Positions 29,101 through 32,000 of a DNA stretch of 32,000 nucleotides are shown in pieces. The DNA comes from Candidatus Kuenenia stuttgartensis (lineage in GTDB: Bacteria; Planctomycetota; Brocadiia; Brocadiales; Brocadiaceae): contig NZ_LT934425.1 of assembly GCF_900232105.1 (NCBI RefSeq), forward strand, positions 3,930,001-3,962,000, written 5' to 3'. Under the pieces are notes generated by a model. That model saw nothing but the letters and a program-made list of their open reading frames with translations. It was not told the DNA's origin and searched no databases. Numbering within the stretch: position 1 is the stretch's first letter; every line of letters starts with the position of its first letter. A program made the position numbers and the translations under genes.

Positions 29101-32000
29101 GCCGCTGCCATCCCTCACCCCTGATCTGAGCTTCGAGCAACGTGCGTTTCTGCGGATATCGGCTCGGAGAACATGGCGCTTTTTTGCTGACTTTGTGGGT
29201 CCGCAGGACAACTGGCTGCCGCCCGACAACTTTCAGGAATATCCGGCGCCGTCCATCGCCTCGCGCACATCGCCTACAAACATAGGCATGGCGCTGCTGG
29301 CACACATGGCTGCGTACGATTTCGGTTATCTCGCAACCGGAGAATGCCTGCGGCGCATAGGTAATACCCTGGCAACGATGGAAGAGCTGGAACGCTACCG
29401 CGGCCATTTTTACAACTGGTACGACACCCGCACGTTGCAACCACTGCAACCACAATACGTCTCTTCGGTGGACAGTGGCAACCTGGCCGGCAGTTTGCTC
29501 ACCCTGCAAGCGGGGCTGGCGGAACTAAAGTATCAGCCGGTGTTGCCATCCAATGCGTTTCAGGGACTACATGACACTCTGCGTGTACTTGTAGAACTCC
29601 TGCCCGCTTCTATCGTTCCTGATCTGGGGAATAAAATCAGGTTGCTGCTTGACACCTTCCACGCATTCATGCTGAATGGACAGCCTCATACGTTGACTGC
29701 TGCGTTCAGTGCTCTGAACGATATTCTCCGCACTAGCGGGGATCTGGTTGCATGGCTGCCGACAGATAGCAATAGCGAACTCGTCTACTGGGTACAAGCA
29801 TTCGATCATCAATCCCACGCCCTTCGGGATGAGCTTGAGTTCCTGGTACCCGAACCGTTGCAGAGCAACGCCATTCCGACACGGGGGGAACTGGCCGGTG
29901 AGTGCGGTGCAGGTGTAGGCGCACGGGTGCAGCTTGACATCATCAATAATCTTATGAATCGTTGCCGCACACTTGCGGTAATGGATTTTGAGTTTCTATA
30001 CGATACCTCATGCAGCCTGCTGACCATCGGCTACGACGTGAGAGAAAGACGCCGCGACCCGTCCTGCTACGACCTGCTGGCTTCGGAAGCGCGCCTAGCC
30101 AGTTTTCTGCTCATCGCACAGGGACAGGTGCCGCAGAAGCACTGGTTCGCGCTCGGCCGATTGCTGACCAGTCATGGTGGCAACGTAAGTCTGATTTCTT
30201 GGAGCGGATCAATGTTCGAATACCTCATGCCGCAACTAATCATGCCGAGTTACGCAAATACCCTGCTGGATCAGACCTGCAAAGCCTCTGTCTTGCGACA
30301 GATTGAATATGGTCGGCAACGCGCGGTGCCCTGGGGCATTTCCGAGTCTTGCTACAATGCCACCGACCTGCACCAAGTCTACCAATATCGGGCGTTCGGC
30401 GTACCAGGGCTTGGTTTCAAACGTGGGTTGGGAGAAGACCTGGTCATCGCACCCTACGCCAGTGCATTGGCGCTGACAGTGCTGCCGCGGGAAGCGTGCC
30501 GCAACTTACAAGTGCTTGCTGATAGTGGATTTCTCGGCGTCTATGGATTCTACGAGGCGGTCGATTACACACTCTCACGTGTGCCGCGGGGCAAACCTCA
30601 CGTTATCGTGCGGTCGTTCATGGCGCATCACCAAGGCATGAGCCTGTTGGCCTTTGCGCATGTATTGCTAAACCAGCCGATGCAGCGCAGGTTTATGTCC
30701 GACCCGCTCACACGGGCAACAGAATTATTGTTGCAGGAACGTGTGCCGAAAAAAGGTGCCACCCTGCACCCTCACGCAGCCGAAGTGAGCGCCGCCTCCA
30801 ACCCTTCCGGTGCAAACGTCAACTCGATCATACGTGTATTCACCGAGCCTAATATACCTATCCCCGAAGTACATCTGCTATCTAACGGCCACTACCACGT
30901 TATGGCGACTCATGCCGGCGGCAGTTACAGCCGCTGGCGTGACCTCGCCATCACCCGTTGGCGCGAGGATGCCACCTCTGATGACTGGGGCACCTTCATT
31001 TACCTGCGTGACTGCGATAGTGGACGGTATTGGTCGACCGCGCATCAACCGACCCTGCGCCGTGCCGATCACTACGAGGCAATCTTCGTGCAGGCACGTG
31101 CCGAATACCGGCGGCGAGACCACGCGATCGAAGCGCACACAGAAATCATCGTTTCCCCGGAAGACGACGTCGAGATCCGTCGTGTAACACTCACTAACCA
31201 TTCGTCAAGGCTCCGTCATATCGAGGTAACGAGTTACGCGGAAGTAGTGCTGGCGCCATTGAATGCCGATCTGGCACATCGTTCATTTAGTAATTTATTC
31301 GTGCAGACTGAAATCTTGTTTGAGCGGCAGGCGATCCTCTGCACCCGACGTCCCCGCACACCTGGAGAGCATGTGCCATGGATGTTTCACCTGTTTGCCG
31401 TACATGGCGCCATTGCCGACGAGACGTCTTTCGAGACCGACCGCGCTCAATTCATTGGGCGTGGTCGCACGGTGGCCAACCCGGCGGCGCTGGATAGCAG
31501 CAACAGTCCACCTGCCCTGTCGAACACAGCGGGGTCGGTACTCGATCCCATCGTGGCAATCCGCCGTACCATTAGTCTGTTCCCCGACGAATCGGCGACC
31601 TTGCAGATTATCTCCGGAGTCGCGGACACGCGCGAGGCCGTATTGGTATTGCTGGAGAAATATTGCGACCGGTACTTTGTCGAACGTGCTTTTGAGATGG
31701 CATGGTTCCAAAGCCAGGAGGTGCTGCGCCACCTCAACGCAACCGAGGCCGATGCCCAAGACTATGGACGTCTGGCCAACTCCGTCATTTACGGCAATAC
31801 ACTGCGCCGCGCCGCACCTGGAATCATTACTCGTAACCAACTGGGACAGTCCGGGTTGTGGCGTTTTGCCATCTCGGGCGATCTGCCGATAGTTTTGCTG
31901 CACATTGGCGACCTCGACCGCATTGATCTGGTCAGGCAGGTATTGCAAGCGCATGCCTATTGGCGAATAAAGGGAATGGCCACCGACCTGGTGATAATAA
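26123..32000 (+). CDS. ndvB: Cyclic beta-1,2-glucan synthase (NdvB/ChvB-like, GT84 + GH94), 3' partial
   Basis: Frame open from 26039 (stop TAG at 26036-26038) to the window end, with ATG at 26123. Motifs: LLDNFYLIEQQI, DFAKGIPDSHRTMVVVPTLL, GYERKRGKLEQFN, YVITLDTDTQLPRDAARTLIG, FGEGSFIGKGIYDVDAF, NLILSHDLLESGYARSGLV, RRHRWIRGDWQL, NPLSALSRWKLFDNLRRSL, SMFEYLMPQLIMPSYANTLLDQT, WGISESCYNATD, MAHHQGMSLLAF. Confidence 0.95.
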   Translation, partial: MRNVLHNELDTELLRSELFSIEQLKRHAISLAGQHRIDLRRRPDRLLPRLADNERVLLAAYDVVTTAATHGQRITPAEAWLLDNFYLIEQQICLARRHLPRGYSRQLPRLADGQSAGFPRIYDLALELISHMDGRVDRDNATQFIAAYQAVVQLKLGELWAFPIMLQLALLENLRRIGVRIAYRRKERDAAITWADRMLATAESEPKQLIQLLAAFANADVPLTAPFVEEFYARLQAQGPAMAFVQTWFEHKLSEQGVTATQLSAVDGRIAAANQISIANSINSLHFISTMDWKDYVESLSVVEQTLREDPSGVHASQDFATRDRYRHAIEDVARGCACSEMDVARKAVALAQTAALQLGLHDRSAHVGYYLIDHGRQMLEHEVCCRVSWKLRISRTSRHFRLPLYLGLILLLTSLTTAVVLSSFGGFGLGDWRVLFFSLPLVIGASALAVPLVNLLITLTLPPCSLPRLDFAKGIPDSHRTMVVVPTLLARPQDIDDLLEAMEIRYLGNRDPNLFFALLTDFSDAPEQTLPDDKALLAHACAAVRTLNETYSEDRPCIFSLFHRPRVWNPFEQIWMGYERKRGKLEQFNARLRGGAQTAFSDIVGDQSILASIRYVITLDTDTQLPRDAARTLIGNLAHPLNRPVYNANKRRIVEGYAILQPRTSISLISAGQSRFTKLFAGDSGIDPYTREVSDVYQDVFGEGSFIGKGIYDVDAFRQAVDGRFPENLILSHDLLESGYARSGLVTDVDLIEEHPASYAIEASRRHRWIRGDWQLAGWLLPCVSGPPGRNGTKTRRQANPLSALSRWKLFDNLRRSLIAPALLALLTWGWLLGPGAVWLWSMLVVAVVFLPTLLSMVIELIRKPGERDLLVHLSLTGKSAGRPIMLALLALTFLPYDMLICLDAILHSGVRMLFTRRGLLLWQLPSYARRNACRTLSDFFREMRIASVFAVALGVALAWTLGNNRSVELLFSVPILLLWLVSPCVGWWISQPLPSLTPDLSFEQRAFLRISARRTWRFFADFVGPQDNWLPPDNFQEYPAPSIASRTSPTNIGMALLAHMAAYDFGYLATGECLRRIGNTLATMEELERYRGHFYNWYDTRTLQPLQPQYVSSVDSGNLAGSLLTLQAGLAELKYQPVLPSNAFQGLHDTLRVLVELLPASIVPDLGNKIRLLLDTFHAFMLNGQPHTLTAAFSALNDILRTSGDLVAWLPTDSNSELVYWVQAFDHQSHALRDELEFLVPEPLQSNAIPTRGELAGECGAGVGARVQLDIINNLMNRCRTLAVMDFEFLYDTSCSLLTIGYDVRERRRDPSCYDLLASEARLASFLLIAQGQVPQKHWFALGRLLTSHGGNVSLISWSGSMFEYLMPQLIMPSYANTLLDQTCKASVLRQIEYGRQRAVPWGISESCYNATDLHQVYQYRAFGVPGLGFKRGLGEDLVIAPYASALALTVLPREACRNLQVLADSGFLGVYGFYEAVDYTLSRVPRGKPHVIVRSFMAHHQGMSLLAFAHVLLNQPMQRRFMSDPLTRATELLLQERVPKKGATLHPHAAEVSAASNPSGANVNSIIRVFTEPNIPIPEVHLLSNGHYHVMATHAGGSYSRWRDLAITRWREDATSDDWGTFIYLRDCDSGRYWSTAHQPTLRRADHYEAIFVQARAEYRRRDHAIEAHTEIIVSPEDDVEIRRVTLTNHSSRLRHIEVTSYAEVVLAPLNADLAHRSFSNLFVQTEILFERQAILCTRRPRTPGEHVPWMFHLFAVHGAIADETSFETDRAQFIGRGRTVANPAALDSSNSPPALSNTAGSVLDPIVAIRRTISLFPDESATLQIISGVADTREAVLVLLEKYCDRYFVERAFEMAWFQSQEVLRHLNATEADAQDYGRLANSVIYGNTLRRAAPGIITRNQLGQSGLWRFAISGDLPIVLLHIGDLDRIDLVRQVLQAHAYWRIKGMATDLVII

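Noticed and set aside
26869-31954. Many ORFs of 60-222 aa in the ORF track inside the 26-32 kb region
   Set aside because: They are shadow ORFs in high-GC DNA overlapping the continuous, motif-rich ndvB frame. The track omits the real gene, probably because it has no stop inside the window.

Overview
The sequence resembles an anammox-like or other planctomycete chromosome (inference from gene content and composition, not proven). The left half, about 1-11,722, is an ordinary, moderately AT-rich gene set: the 3' part of a dehydroquinate dehydratase/shikimate dehydrogenase, shikimate kinase, DgkA-like kinase, a membrane alkaline-phosphatase/sulfatase-superfamily protein with a MopE-like metal-binding insert, a coiled-coil repeat membrane protein, a CysH-like reductase, and a tight cluster acpS - B12/radical SAM - ketosynthase - ketosynthase-like. 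The second ketosynthase-like protein has lost all three catalytic C/H/H residues, as in a KS-beta or chain-length-factor partner. About 11,750-24,400 is a layered mobile-element zone. It holds a C-terminally altered GxxExxY gene; a minus-strand gene resembling the nitrilase-like C-terminal half of an RT-nitrilase (DRT type 1/UG1-like) protein, cut by a complete 1386-bp IS with 22-bp perfect IRs and a 9-bp TSD; a four-gene Mu/Tn7-like transposition module (zinc-ribbon protein, frameshifted DDE transposase, AAA ATPase, CHC2 zinc finger); a two-ORF DDE transposase with an A9 slippery tract consistent with -1 frameshifting; and IS630, IS3 and IS200 remnants. About 24,400-32,000 is visibly more GC-rich and carries a baeRF family 3-like protein and most of a giant NdvB/ChvB-type cyclic beta-1,2-glucan synthase (open to the window end, missing from the supplied ORF track). 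The strongest leads are the KS/degenerate-KS/radical SAM/AcpS lipid-like cluster and the IS-interrupted, 5'-truncated RT-nitrilase-like gene. No CRISPR array, rRNA or tRNA was recognised by eye.
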